Origin: Oikopleura dioica
Lineage: Eukaryota; Animalia; Chordata
DNA length: 64,000 nucleotides
Direction of reading: 5' to 3'
Assembly: GCA_907165135.1 (NCBI GenBank)
Contig: OU015568.1
Coordinates: forward strand, 4,526,001 to 4,590,000
This document shows positions 1 through 14,042 of this stretch, in pieces (positions within the stretch are counted from its first letter, which is position 1; every line of letters starts with the position of its first letter). A program made the translations under genes and the position numbers. The notes beneath the pieces are model-generated. The model saw nothing but the letters and a program-made list of their open reading frames with translations, was not told the origin of the DNA and searched no databases.

Positions 1-240
1 GGAAATCAACGAAGACTTTCCATGTTGTCCGCCGGTCGCCAATTCACTGACATGACATTTCCTTTAGCACCGGAGGCGGGTTTCTACTCGAATAGGCGAC
101 GATCAACCCTCGTTACCTGCGCCGCGCATCAAAAACTTGGAAGAAAGCTTTCTCTGCAACCAATGCTTGAGTGAAAAATAAAATACAAATAGAGAAATAT
201 CCTTGTGAAATTTATTAATAAATAGTTTTGTTTGATCTTT

Positions 241-2446
241 TTAGTTATTCAAGATCTTCGACTCTTCGATTTCTTTGTGCGAATACATCGGGCATCGGTC
301 GGGTTTCTTAGAATAAGCTTTGTAGACGATGTAGAAGTATGTTGGAAATGTCACAAGCCCGGGAATAACGAGGAGATTGGTGAAACCGGCTCGGAATAAT
401 TCATTGTCGTAGAATTGGCAGCTTGTTCGCTCGCCACAGCCATCTTGTTTCCAGAAGATGCAGGTCGTATCTGAGAGAACTGTATTCAAATCATCGAATA
501 GTAAGTCCTACCGATCGCGGATCCAGCCAAAAACGGCCCTGGAGCGTAGCCGATCAACTTCATCCCCAAGTGCATGAGTCCAAATGTCACAACTTTCGTA
601 TTCGCTGGAACTCGCGACAGCAACAGCGAAACATAAGGACCACCAACTATCCCGTGGAAGAAAGAACTGATCGCGAAGCAGATCAGAACCTGTTGAAGAA
701 TCGAGTCTGGACAAGTTCGAAATTTACTTGAAGCCCAATCCGAGTTTGATTCTTTATAAAAGATGAAAAAGTATTTTTGAAATCAACGAAGAAAATATGA
801 TTTTTTTCACCTCACCTGAAACTGAAGATAAACAGCTACAGTCAGAAAAGTTCGATGGTCCGCTGACCGTCTGACATCCTGCCATACAAGGGCTTGAGAA
901 GATATTTCCAGCTTCATCCTTTACGAGTTGAATTTCTTGAGTCGGACAAGAACATGATTCGCTGAAGTCGGAGCAAATTGAATTCGGTTCAACAGAGCCA
1001 ACATTGTTTTCATCGATATTCAGACCGATAACTTCCGGAGTATCACAGCCTGAATTCATCCATGTTGTCGGAAAGAAGTTGAATCGTATGCTTACCGAGG
1101 TAATAGAGCGGCGCAAGGGCAATGACGGAAACGACTGTACAGGAAAGAATCAGCCAAGAAGTTCCTTTTTCCTGCAAATTGAATCTTTTGTGAAACCAGC
1201 CGCCGAACAAAGCGCCAAAAAACGCCCCAAGAATCGTGATCATCCCGTACTGAACTCCTGCTTCTTTCGCTGTGAGACCAAATTGGCGTTCGAGATATTT
1301 CATGCCGAAGCCATTCAAAGCGGCCGTGGTGATGGAGAGAATCCCATGATTGACGATGAGGATGACTGGGACGGAAGATGTGAGGACGAGTTTTGCCATT
1401 TTTGCCGCCGCAGCGGGTCCTGAAAATTAAGTTTGAAAAGAAAATCGGGAGGATGATAACCTTTCGGTCCATCAAACTCGACAGAAGTTAGACAAGGCGG
1501 GACTTTGGGAAAGCAAAGCATTGGCAGTGAAGCGGCGAGAGCGAAAATTCCGCTAATCAAGTATCCAATCCACCAAGCTCCCACCCATTCCGGATCGGAA
1601 GGGTCCATGATTGTTTCGGAGCGGTAAAAATCTACGTAAAGCAGGGAAGCAACTGGCTGAATGAAAGCAAAGGCGATCAATGGTCCGCAGACGAAGATGG
1701 CCAGAAGAATTCCCTTTTCAGAGGCTTTCTAGTGCCAGGAATCGATGTTGAAGGAATCAAGAAAAGCCCATTTCCTGATAGTAACCTCTTTTTCTCGTGC
1801 TCGTCAGCGAGTCGTGCAAATACGACATGCCCAGCGGCATGAACCCAGAAAACCCAAGGCCCATGAAGATCTCCCCAATCAGGAGGAAGAAGAAATATTT
1901 CGAAGCACTTTCGGTGCATGTCTTATTTTCCGCGTCGCATAAAATTCCTTGGCTAGAATCTCCAGTGGCGTCGTAAGGAGGTGAGAGGAATTGAGGTAAG
2001 GTGGCAGTGAAGGCGCCTAGTGACACAAGGAGACCCCCGATTGCTAGAAATTTCGGTCTAAAGTAGGTTCATTTTTGATCAACTGAAATGGTTTTTTTTA
2101 GCTTGACCCTTTCCTATGCAAAGAACTGCCATACACCGAAAAGAAAATCAAGCCAAAAGCAGCAGAAACATTGTAAAAGATGCTAATTGAACCGGAAATG
2201 GATGAAGGAAGTCCGTATCGTCGTTCAAAAGTTGTCGTGGCGACTTTTGAGTAAACTGTCACGCAAACCTGAACAATTGAAGGAAATTTACTACGATTTT
2301 CAGCTGTGATAAAATTTGGGGAATTAGCATATGGTGAGGTTTTCTGATGATCTCATGAAGTTTCAAATTGGCGTCGAAAAAAGTACCTGGCTGGCGCATA
2401 ATAGCGAAAGAACCGTCAGAAATTTAGCTTCAAATGAGCAGCCCAT
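241..2446 (-). CDS. Organic anion transporting polypeptide (OATP/SLCO family), multi-exon
   Basis: Spliced translation gives TFERRYGLPSSISG, LHRPKFLAIGG, DPSDPEWVGAWWIGYLISG, MKYLERQFGL, the Kazal-like FSSPCMAGC and CIFWKQDGCGERTSCQFYDN, all typical OATP motifs. Two introns (2058-2113, 1714-1774) need GA donors. The start Met is tentative. Confidence 0.93.
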
Positions 2447-2907
2447 TATTCATCACTCTTCTTCTCCTTCTTGCTTCTTTTTAATCTCTTGATAATTGTA
2501 GTTTTTTATGTTTTCGTATCTCTGGGCGGGGTTCTTTCCAAATTGGTGTGGCTGAGGTAATTTTTTGACCTTTTTTTTTTTTTGACCTTTTTGGCCGCCG
2601 CGAGCGGTTAGATCAACCAAAAAATAACAAAATAAAGGTTAAAAAGTTTATTCAATTTCTCTCTTCAAAACGACTTTTTTCTAGAAGAAAAGAAAAAAAT
2701 CGAAGAGCTCGATTGTTGAGTTTTAGTAAATTGCGCAACGAATAAAAGGGCGCCAAGTTTGAAAACAACGCAGTAATGGAGAAAATTGGGAGTTGTTGGG
2801 GTAAAATGATCAGTGCGTGAAAAATGCGTTTTTGATTAGCGAACTGAGTGTTGTAGGAACATGATGAGCAAAGCCCTCTAAAGCAAGTTAATTCTTTATT
2901 TCAGAAT

Positions 2908-3957
2908 TTAAAATTGAGGGTTTAGCAAGGAATGAAATTGTCGATCAAGGTTAGACATTCCCTCGTATCTTTTGAAATTTGTATGAAAAATGATAAGATA
3001 TGCAGTGTATCCTACCGTTAGAAAAGAAACAAGCCTAGAAAAGAATTTTGAAGAAATGAAAGTGTTGGATATTGTCAGAGCAATAAGCATGATCACCAGT
3101 CGGGAAAAAGTGTCCTCTAAGAAATATTTAAAACCACCCCAAAAACGCCAGTAGAAGACCTCCCGGGTCTCTCTAAATTCACGGTTTATAACAGGCAACA
3201 AATACCATGAAAGAGCAATCTTCACAAGTAAATCACAAGTAAAGCTTTCAGAATTGTTATTGTTAATGCAATCATCTTTTGTTTTGGCCGGTTTATCTCC
3301 AATTCTAACGCCATCTTGTCTATTTTTTCTTCCAATGCCTTGATGGTCAAGCTTTTTGTCTCATTTTCATTTTCTAGTACCGAAGCACGCTCTTTTAATT
3401 TCCGAACTTCCCACGGAAGTTTTTGAAGTTCAAGAAGCTCAGACCGGATTGATTCCAAACGACAGTCGATAATTTCTTCAATTTTATTTCCAGATAGCTC
3501 TGAAAACTCTGAAACTTCAAGCCCACTTGAGATAAATGAAGGTCCTACCCGTTTTATCGGAATTGTCGTTTTCTTTGTCGTAGCTAACAACGCTTTCAGA
3601 AACGGAAGGTATGCTCGGTGATGCTTTTGGGCTTATGAAACTCATTGCCTAAAAGTGTTTCTCTTTTTTTACTTGAAATATGCGAGTTTGTTCAGTCATA
3701 AAAATGGTTGACTCATTTGAAATCGGTACGAGGGTAAACATAAAAATCAACAAAAAGAATTTTGGTGCTTTATTGAAAGAAATATTTAATTTCTCATTAT
3801 TTTTTTTGCAATACGTCGATTGAACAAACTTGCAATTAACTGATTTCATTCGGTTCTTTTCTTCCTTTCGAGCTTTTATGTATGCTTGTAATCTTTGATT
3901 TTTCCGCATCGACAAAAGTTTGCTCTCAATTGCTTTTTGTCGAAGTGAATGATTCAA
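2908..3957 (-). CDS. Hypothetical coiled-coil protein with C-terminal hydrophobic segments (exon structure uncertain)
   Basis: Three adjacent same-strand ORFs. Plausible GT-AG introns link the first two; a heptad-like stretch (LESIRSELLELQK...LENENETKSLTIKALEEKIDKMALELE) is followed by hydrophobic segments. No family recognised. Confidence 0.35.
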
Positions 3958-4358
3958 AATCTCGTCATTTTTCTCGACAACTCCGTCTTTTCCGACATGT
4001 TTTTCAAAAGTTGTCTTTTCTGGGGGTCAAGAAAGAGTCTTCAAGGGAAAAAAACTGATCAATTTTTGACCCCTACTTATGATGGGCAATGTCATTGAGG
4101 TGCCTTATCATTTCTTCGTTGTGTGAAACGGCACTCGCCTGATCAATTGCTAAAAATGCAAGAAAAAGAAAAAAGGGTCGCATTTCGATTCTCAACAAAC
4201 CAAATGACAATTGTCAATTGAGCACGAGAAAGCATCTACTTCTACTGAAAAGTTTTTAAATATTAACCAAGCTTTTTGCAACCACTATCAAACCACTTCT
4301 TTTCGAGGATCAAAGTACAGTTTTAGACGGTTTTTAACAATTTATTAAAAGTTCAATT

Positions 4359-5646
4359 TTACAATGAACAAGCAATCTGGATTTGAATCGGGTCTTTATC
4401 GTCGTTTCGCTGAAAAATATTTGAAAACACGCAAGAAGTAATTTTCTGACTTGAATCATGAACGGAAAGTATCCATTTTCGTAGTCACCATGGCAGTTGG
4501 CTCCGTATTCACCGTATTTATTCATTGCTTATTTTGGTCGGCGGATTTTTCTTTTAATTTTCTATTTTTATGATTTATTGACCAATGCCTATTAGAGCGC
4601 CTTTAAAATTCGGAAAGACATCGATAATTCTTTGCATCGCATCTTTCGTCGCTTCACCAGGGGTCATTCCTAGTCTCATGTTCTCATGAGCCTGATAGGA
4701 AGGCACGAATCGCATCATTATGTCTCCATCGCCAGTTGCCGCAGCACCACCAGCTGGGCCAGCGTAACTGCCAGAGCCTGGAATCGGTGAATCGCCAACT
4801 CGGCCGGCAATTTTTCGACGTTTTCCGTTTGTCGATGTTCCTGTTCAAAATTGACTTGCTTGAGCTTATTTTGATACCTGCAGCTAGTTTTCCATTCAAA
4901 TCAAGAGCGACCATTCCGATCGTATCGTGATTGTCCTCGTTGATTTCAGCTCTCAAAGCTTTGACTCGTTCTTCATTCATCTCTGTTCTCATCGTTGCTA
5001 ATTGATAAGGGCCACAAGAATAAGCAGGATTAGGTGTCACGTTATTCCAGTAATTCGGCTGGCAGTTGCCCTGAAGCCACGTTTGATGATCAGCGGCAGA
5101 GTCGTTGGATGTCAGGGATTCTTCGACGCAGCCGAAGTTGAATGCAAAGTTTGATGCTTGATCTCCAACGAGCAAGGTGTGATCAGTGTTGTCAAAAACA
5201 TATCTCGCGACTTGAGCAGCGTTTTTGCATCTTCTCAGTCCTCCAACTGCGCCCACATTGTGCGTTTCTCCGTCCATTATCATCGCATCGAGGGTTGTCT
5301 CGCCATTTTCATCAGGGCTCCCGCCACAACCGACTGTTCCTCGACATCTGTCGCGCTCACAACTTGCCGTGCCAGTGGTAATGGCGTCTACCGCCGATCC
5401 GCCAACGCGCATGACTTCGAAAGCTTCGCTAGTTGCGGTGACGTAACCCCAAGTTGTGATTACGGCGGGGAGGATTGGACTTTCTGGCGGAGAAGGGGAA
5501 GAATCCGCGTTGTCCGATTTTCTCGCTAGAAAAATGAGGTTTTCGATCCTTTTCTGGGCGCCTACCAAGAACAAGAGCAGAAGTTGCGATGCAAAAATCA
5601 GCAAAATTGCAGCGCAAAAAGCGATTTGAATAATTCTCTCCTTCAT
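4359..5646 (-). CDS. AGA: N(4)-(beta-N-acetylglucosaminyl)-L-asparaginase (glycosylasparaginase)
   Basis: Motifs [31 protein letters not shown], the autocleavage site HDTIG, and after a 37-nt GT-AG intron [20 protein letters not shown] and [17 protein letters not shown]. Confidence 0.96.
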
Positions 5647-6553
5647 TTTTTTCAAAGTCAGATTTCAAGCGATTCTAGAGCTCAATGAAAGGTCCTTTTT
5701 TCTATTTGATTGGCATACAAAATGAACTTTTATGCTCATTTCTTTGAAAAGAATTCTGAAAATATAAGAGCACAAAGCTTCAGAAAGTTTCAAGAACATG
5801 TTAATAATCATTCTGTTTTTTTTTGTAAAGGAAAGTTTCAAAAAGTCAACTTTTGATTGAAAGCTTTCCAAATTTTCCGGAAACGCGAGGGCAATTCACC
5901 GCTTTTTTGAAATGTGGATGTGAATTATAAAGGAAATCGGATCAAGAGCAATTTCTCAAACTCGTCACTTCCTATCTGAGTAAAAAAGGGAGGAAGAATG
6001 GGACGGGCCGCGAAGTCGGAAGAATCGGAGGACATCAGCTTGGTCTTTGATTTGATCTTTGAAGAATTTATAATCATGTTTTGAGACTTGATTATCGAGA
6101 ATGTAGACCCCTTAGAAAAGCAAGTGCATTTCTGGAAGACCAATAAGCTTGTTGAATTTGGCCTACCGGCCAATCAAAATCCTGATCTATTAAATCACTT
6201 TCTTTTCTAAGAATCAAGTTGATTCTGCCCAGAAATATGACTCATCGAAATTGTCAAAAATTTAAAATTTTATAATTTTATTTTTAGTCGTCGAAATTGC
6301 AATTTCTATTTTGAAAAAACAATAAAAAAGACATGGTACATGAAAAATTGGGCGAAAGACGGGTCAAGTTTTGACTACACAATTCTAGCGTCGATAACAA
6401 ATTCCACTATTTGTCCTTGATGTTCCATAAACAACCAAAGGTTATCACACGCTCCTGCCATCAAAATACAAAAAAAGTCGAAAATCGTTTTTTTCTATTT
6501 TGAAATGATGAGCCACGAAGCATCTAAAAATAAGCGACCGGTTATCTTCGAGC

Positions 6554-7873
6554 TCAACTCGGCCTTTCAAGTTGAAACGCGTCCGGAGCTTGCACTGGCG
6601 AGTCGCTGCGGATGATTAATCGACCAAAGCCCAGGCGGCTTTCGTGAACACCGCGAACGAGAGGTACTTTTGCCAAAATTGATGATTGAGCGGGCGAAAC
6701 ATTCAGGACTGCTGAATCAGGAGCAACCAATAAATCATGGTTTTTCAATTTATTGAGCTAAAATTCTTGCTCTTCGGATCGATAGGTTCCGACTGAACTC
6801 TCAGAAATAATTGTCCCGGTTTCAGTAAAGAGCGGTTTTCGAACTGGCTTTGGCGGTTTTTTTTTCTGTCGATGATGGTTTTGGTGATCATGGTTTTTTC
6901 GAATCGCTTGACGATGAGGCTCATCTCCGTCATTTGCTGCATCATCTGGCTCGTGACATTTTCCAGGTCGCTAATTCGGTCTTGTTCGTTGATCGCTTCC
7001 CCAGCTAAAATGATGTAGTTATTCTTAATCAAATACTTTGGTGCTTACGGCGTTTGGAATATTTCGACTTGTAGGTGCCCAGAAGGCTCTCTGCATTATC
7101 AAGACGTTGTTGAATATCTGAAGGAAGCGAATTTTGCCGCACAATTTCCACTTCTTCTCTTTCTTCCTGGATAACAGAGAGATAACTGTTTCTTCTTTCT
7201 ACTGGTGAAGCTTGTACCCCTTCGTTTTGTCGATTTTGAAGTTCGACTGGTTGATTCTCTGAGCGAAGAGATTGAGGATCAAAAGGACTTGGTTCTTTAA
7301 TGCAACAAAAGATTTCAGAGCAACACTGTAAAGATTTGTCATTCGCTCATAATTTTCTTATGCCCTTACTTGAAATGCTGATCCAAAGTTATTAACAATA
7401 TGGTATGAAAAGCAAGCCACAAGGACGTAGCAAATAGTAGTTGCAATAAGGAGAACTCGAATAAATTCGAAAGAATCAGTTAGTTCCTCCCTTATATGCT
7501 TATTTTCAAACAGCTCGATGAAATCAAAAAAAATTGTTTTCGCCATCGAGGCAAGGGTACAGAGAAGATTGAGACTTGCTGCTACCATGAGTTGTTTAAA
7601 ATTAAACGCAAAGTTCGTCTGATTTGATTTCATTGTGATGAAGCATCCAAATAACGCAGTTATGATTCCAAAGCAACCAACAATCATTCCTGTCCAATTT
7701 TCCCAATCACTTTTGTCGATTTTTTCATCATTGTCCCAAATTTGGGTTGCGTCAATTGCATCGTTGAAAAAATGAATAAGAACTTGTTCATTCGTAATCA
7801 GCCAAACCGAAAGAATTAACAAGCCGATACAGTGAACGAAAAGATCAGCCTTCAATCTATTCTCGCTAATCAT
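6554..7873 (-). CDS. Tetraspanin-like 4-TM protein, with a possible coiled-coil C-terminal extension via downstream exons
   Basis: Four hydrophobic segments with the tetraspanin-like GCFG..LFGC motif; no CCG motif seen. The donor CAA|GTAAGG near 7367 can join in frame to downstream exons that run to 6554. Confidence 0.5.
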
Positions 7874-9400
7874 AAGTATTCTCTACTAAAAATGACTGTA
7901 AGTCGTTACTGAAGCTCATTTTATGCGGGCAAGTTTCCCTTTTCCTCATCATTCGCACATCTTTGCCAAGGCGTTGTCTTGTTATATTTTTACATAGTAT
8001 TGAACTTTACTGCTCATTACGAGCAATTACGAGAGAGAGACTTGACTTTCGCATAAAACATATTTTCGCCGTAAATAATGATTCATGACGCAGAGTTTCT
8101 GACGGGCTGACCTTTTTCCGGGTGTTAAAAGTTAACGGATCAGTGATGTAAAACTATTCACAGATTTCTAGCAACCAAAAAGCCCCTTTTTCTTTGAAAA
8201 CATCAGCTTATGTCAAATTACTCCCAATAATTATTCTTCTTGTTGAATTCCAAGTGGTACTCAGAGCCACGCTCTTGTAACCCCACTTGAGCGAGATTTC
8301 AAAAAAAAAGTTGACAAAAATTCAACAATCGTCGCCGACGAAAAACACGAAAAAACACAATAGAACTCGACATTCAGGAAGGATGCCAAAATTTCTCGGT
8401 CTCCGAGATTGAAAAATCTTTCAACAAAGTTTTTAGGGCGTTGAAATTTATTGACGCTAGAATTTTCTTTCTTGATCGAGGTGTGACGACTTATAAGGTT
8501 GGTGTTAGGGTTAGCATTTTCGTTGAGGTTAGGGTTAATGTAAGGGATCAAAGCCAATATAATGTAGATATTCAATAAGGGCTTTAAGGGCTTGTATATC
8601 CTTAAATTGGTAATCGAGAGATTATCAATTGAAGAACAGTTGCAGTTGAGGGTCTGATCTAAGGTAGCAACTAGAAGGGTCTACCTAAGATAGTTTTCCT
8701 AACCCTAACCCCATTTTCATGATTCTTGATGGGGGTCCTGAATGATAATGTCAAAATCAATTGAAATTTCGATAGAAGCGATAGATTTTTATTTGCGAGT
8801 TAGAATAAGGGTATCACTTTGTAAACTTTAGGGGATAAATTCCAAGAAAAAACGCCGAAATATCATGCCGACCCCCTTAAAATCGACCATACTCTTATAT
8901 TTTCAAATCTTCTTTTAGTACAACCTTTTCTTCCTTGCGAAGCTTGAGGAAGCCAAGTTGGACAGAGTCTGTTCTCTTGATCTCGTGATGGCGCTCTTGG
9001 TCCGCTCTAGCGCACTTTGCGCCGCGCTAACAGCCCGCCGCCGCGCTTTATTTTTTTCTTCCTCTTTCAATTTTTTTTTCTGTTATCAACGCTCTCTGCC
9101 GCGATAACTCCCTGACCAAGTCTTAAATTTATACATTTTTAAACATTTATATTTCGCCCTCGAGAGATAAGAAGCGAAAAAACACGAAGAAAAACAAAGG
9201 TAAAGACAGAAAAAATGAAAATTTGAAAAGTGAGAAGTTGGAAGAGGATTAGAGCTCAGAAGCTCAAGGGTTGAGTTTCAGCCCATTTCAAGTGCCAAAT
9301 GTTCAATTTACTGGCCAGCATTTTGGGTTCAATTCGGATATTTCAAAAGGACAAAATATTTCAAAGCGATTATCATTTTTGCGCAGAAATTGGAATTTTC

Positions 9401-9615
9401 TTTTCATTTAAAAAATTGTTGGCAATAAGTTGATACCCTTAATTTAAAGCAGCGACCCGTACTGACAACTTCATATTTATAATTTATAAATTATAATATA
9501 TTTATTATATAAAAATTTTATTATCATTTTTAAATTATAAATAAAAAGTTTCAGTAAGGCCTGTTGCTTTAAATTAAGGGTATCAACTCATTGTCAAGAA
9601 TTTTTTCAATGAAAA
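9401..9615. mobile_element. Foldback/MITE-like element with ~70-bp imperfect inverted arms and an AT-rich spacer
   Basis: 9401-9471 (ttttcatttaaaaaattgttggcaataagttgatacccttaatttaaagcagcgacccgtactgacaactt) matches the reverse complement of 9546-9615. Confidence 0.8.
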
Positions 9616-10063
9616 TAAAATAATATAAATTTGATAAGAAAAAAAACACATAATACACAAAGCATTTTTTCAATTATCAAAAGTTGTGGAATTCCATTGA
9701 GTTTTGTTTCCCCATCAATCACTAACGGGCACGTAAAAAGGTCGTTTTTCTGAGGTGAATTAGCATCAGAAAAGAAGAAAAAGAGTCATAAATGTATCGC
9801 CGGATCCGTTTTTGTTTTACGCCTTTCAGTACATCTGTACCGCCCCTTTTAAATCTTTCCCTTGAAAATCCCGCTCGTCAATGGGCCCATTTTTTGATAA
9901 AAGAGATAAACGACCTCCCTTCATCCCTTTTTTTCGAAGAAACATCGTACGTGTGAGTACTCGACGCGGTTGGCCGCGTTTTCCGGAGACCGCCATTTAA
10001 CATCTTTCATTCACGGCCAATTTATGGGGTCCATGATATGGTTTTTTATGAAGATCAGAAATC

Positions 10064-10307
10064 AAAATCGAGAAGCCGCTTGCGGCTTCGAGCTTCATAA
10101 TTGAAAAAGACGCGCGAAGCGCGGCTTTAACTTTTTTTCTCGAAGCCGCGAGCGGCTTTTTTGGGTATTAATTTTCGAAAATAATGTTTTAAAACGAAAA
10201 TTTCACCCGAAAAAGCCGCTCGCGGCTTTGAGAAAAAAAGTTAAAGCCGCGCTTCGCGCGTCTTTTTCAATTATGAAGCTCGAAGCCGCAAGCGGCTTCT
10301 CGATTTT
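10064..10307. mobile_element. Palindromic MITE of the GAAGCCGC-nn-GCGGCTTC family
   Basis: Near-perfect ~95-bp inverted arms around a ~50-bp AT spacer. The same motif recurs near 25410-25515, 52830, 55600, 57370-57460 and 62395-62460. Confidence 0.88.
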
Positions 10308-13300
10308 ATTTATGAGTTTTATTGAGTTAACTTTTGATTTATGGTTTGCATTTTTGAGTAGAAAAAAAGCAAATCCTCTTGCAATTCCGCTGATTTCTCC
10401 GCTAGGAAACGCGCCAAAAAAAAGTTGAATAAGATTCATTAGCCTAATCCGTGAAAATAAAATTTTATCACCCTAAAACTCAGCGGCAGGATTCATGAGG
10501 TGTGAAATTAATCGCTTTTGCTTATTTTTTTTCGAGAATCTGGAAGATGATGCTCTTGAATGTATGGTACCTTTAGGAGGAGGATTGAATTTGAAAGAGG
10601 GGGGCACTTTTGTTGGGAAAAAAGGGTTGAATGATGAATGGGGTTGAAAAACAACTTGAAGGTGTCTTGTTTCGTGAATTTTTAAAGGAGGGGAAGAAGT
10701 TTCGGTTGATTTTAAGGGTAGAACAAAAAAAGAAAGTGATTTCATACATCTGGATTTTGATTGGCCGGAAAGCAAAATACAGCAAGCTTATTGGTCTTCC
10801 AAAAATGCAGTTCTTTTTGTTGATTTTTGCCAAATGCTCGATTGATTGGACTCTAAAATGCCCCGATTTCGCTACTCAGATTGACCTGTAAAAACTGCTC
10901 TTGACACCCTTAAAATGAAAGAGAATAGTATCCCAACCGGTCACCGAAGGAAGCAATAAATATTTGACAGATCTGTTTTGGCACTCTGACACCAAGCTTT
11001 TTTCAGACTAATTCAAAATTAATCAATCGTGCATTTCTTTCTTTTTTCTTCTGAAGTTTAAAAAAGCGTCAGTACTCGAGTTGAATCTTTCTTTTGATTA
11101 CCGTCCTCGTCAGACTGGCTCCATTTCAGAATCTGAAATTCAGTAATTCTTCGAGAATTCTGAAAAGAAGCGCGAAGGATTCAATCTGAAATTCAACGCG
11201 GAAAATGAGCGATAATGAGTGCTTCACAAGAGCTTCAAGATTTTCTTCGCCCTGAGATGTTCCGGAAATTACTTAATTTTGCAATAAAGGCCCTGTGAGA
11301 GGACAATTTCGACCTTGTTTTCTCACAGTTTTTTTTTTCTCGACGAAAAAAAAGGGTTGAAATCAAAATAATATTTTCGAACCCTTTTTTTTCTCAAGAA
11401 AAAAAAGGTTTATTTTTGATCGCATAATCTAATTATCCCCGGTCGATCCCTTTTCGAATTATACATTCAGTCAAAAAATCGGTAAGATTGACGAGGGTTC
11501 AAATATGGAAAGAGTCACGCGCCATTAGCTCGCGTAAATATACAGCTATTTACATGGGACTAAGCGCTTTTGGAGAGGCGGCGGTTATTACCGAACACGA
11601 AGGGCTCGTTTCGCAAATTGAAATTACTGTAATTGGGCTGGAACCTCAAGGTCAAAGTCGAGACATTAAATTCCATGTTGCGCAATTTGAATATTCGAAT
11701 ATTTTTAGATTTTGGTAAAGCTTTTTCTGTTAGGAAATAGCTTAAAAAATAGGCAAAATAGTTAAGGGTATCTCTAGCTTAACTCTGTTAGAAAAAAAAA
11801 AATAATATTTAATCATAAAAAAGAGAGACTATCTGGAAAGACCACCCAGAAAGTCCTTAAACTCATAAAATGGCCATTTATGTGGCGTATTTGCGGATTA
11901 AAACGGGAGTAACGAAAATCGCGGGAAATCGCCAAAGGAAACGCCATTCCCGTGAAAAGATGCTAACTCGATGAAAAGGAGGGTATTCAGTGGGGCGGAA
12001 GTTCAACCAACAGCCAAGTCAAAGTTTTCAGCGCTTCAAAGGGTTAACCCCAGTCCGCGTGGATCTTGCCAGACGGGCTTTCAAAAGCGAGTCCTTTCAA
12101 AGGAAAAAAGTTCATGTTTCAAAGAATAAAATTAATTGAACAGAAAAAAGTCAATTTCTTTTAATTTTCCGAAAAAAAGTACCGATTCTTCATGATTTCG
12201 TGTAGACAGATCGAGATAAAAACCAGGAGCTCAGAGGTTTATCGGGGGGCATTTGATCTTTGATCAATGCTTATTATCTTATCGGCGCTTCCGAATTACG
12301 ATCCCGTCTCAGCAAACCGGAGCCTCTTTTCTCTTTTCTTGATTAGCTCTTCCGGGAATGGTTTAATAGGACTTTGATTGAGAATTTAGCGACTCTCATG
12401 ATTATATCATCCGATTTCGTTGAGACAGAATTAGGGTTAAGAAAACCCTGTTGAACGGGGTCTACCCCCTTAAAAATTTTGACTAGGCCTCGAAGGAAAC
12501 TATGGCTCTTGCGAAATTCCTTCGTTATCAATGTAAACGATGTCATAATTCGGAAAGCTTCTCCCAGGTGCGGGCTTCCTTCTGTACCTGGCCTGTCACG
12601 TGATGATAGTTTTCGGTGGTGCGGCGGTGTAATGCTGAAAAAACACGGGAGCGCGTTGGCACCGCTCCAGCCCTCCACCATGACGGAGAGGATATTTTCC
12701 ACTGACAGATTTGGCGCCAATTTTCACCAGAAATAGACACTTTTCGAAACTCAGAAAACTCAAACTCAAGAAAAAAAAATTAAACAAGAAATATTGAAAT
12801 CGAAACCAAGACAAAGAGAATAGGCTGCTTATCCTTCTGAGGAAATTACTCGGAAAGGGAATTTGAGAGGACGAAAAGGACAGAAGGGGATTGAGCGAGA
12901 TTCAGATTTAAGAAAATTCAGAGAGTAAGAGGTTAAAAAAAGACTCAAAAGAAGAGAAAGCGTTTTTCTTTTAAAAATTTTTTTGTCCGATTTTTTTGGG
13001 GATTCTTATTTTAAAAATACACCTTTTAGGGTCTTCTCTTTATTTCGAGTAGAAAAAATAAGGGTCTCACTATGATATTCTCAGTGAAAATTCTGCTTGA
13101 ATATATGCTCTTGTGTCTACCCCCTTAAAAGTTCATGCCAACTTATAAGCTCTTGTAAAAACTGCGGGCCAAGGGGTCCTTTGTAAAGCTGATAACCTAC
13201 AGGTGTATAAATGTTTCTCCTGTTGTCCCAATTGATAAGCTCTTTCTTTCTTTTTCTTCTAAATTTTACAACTGCCCTGAACTCAATTATAAAACGCGTT

Positions 13301-13956
13301 ATATCCTTATTACCTCCCTTCAGATTCGTCCCCACCTTCCGGTCCCAATTGCAGCCAACTTATCACTTTTTATACCGCAGTTAGTTTACCGGGCGGGGTC
13401 CCTTAAAATATTGCAGCCAAAAGAATTTTAAGGCGATCAGGTTATCTATCAATCATTTCCTGTTTTGCCAAATTCCTCAGCTTGCAAGTTTTCTTTGGAA
13501 TTTCTAGCATTTATTTTTGAAATTCCTGCAACGCATATTTCAAGTGTCAGACCCTTAGGAGCTCTTTAAATGACCATCCGGTTGATGATCCAACCACACA
13601 CCAGTAATTAACACTTTTTCAGTTCAGGCTTTTTCCAATCGATGATCGGCCTACTGTAACAACAGCAACAACGAGAACAACTGTACAAACAAGAAGAAGA
13701 GGGATGAAATTATCGGTAGCGCTTGGGCTTAGCCCAAATCTAGTGGCTGGAATATGCGAAATGATGAAGGAAAAAGTCCCGAGTCCAGAACAATGGAGAA
13801 ATTTAACTCAACACGGGCAAAATTATCACGGTAAGTGACCACGATCAAAGGTCAATTTTAGATTCATTGAAGATGAAAATGAAATGATAACAGTACTAGT
13901 AACGCCGATTTAAAAAGGGTTGATGTATAGTTGCATCTTTGAAGAAAGGTACCCAG

Positions 13957-14042
13957 CCGTCGATAGCTCAGTTGGCAGAGCGGGAGACTGTAGAGGGTTA
14001 GCAGTTATCTCTAGGTCACTGGTTCGAATCCGGTTCGACGGA
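13957..14042 (+). tRNA. tRNA-Tyr(GTA) with a 13-nt intron (13994-14006)
   Basis: Acceptor stem ccgtcga/tcgacgg plus discriminator A, A-box tagctcagttgg, anticodon GTA at 13990-13992, intron after position 37, B-box ggttcgaatcc and a downstream T-run. Confidence 0.96.

Noticed and set aside
5925-6173. Minus-strand 82-aa ORF as a gene
   Set aside because: Part of it (~6090-6190) is an inverted copy of non-coding repeat sequence at ~10750-10830, and it has no recognisable motifs.
8490-8715. TTAGGG/CCCTAA telomere-like motifs (also ~24558-24572)
   Set aside because: Only 1-2 consecutive units occur, too short to call an interstitial telomere or fusion scar.
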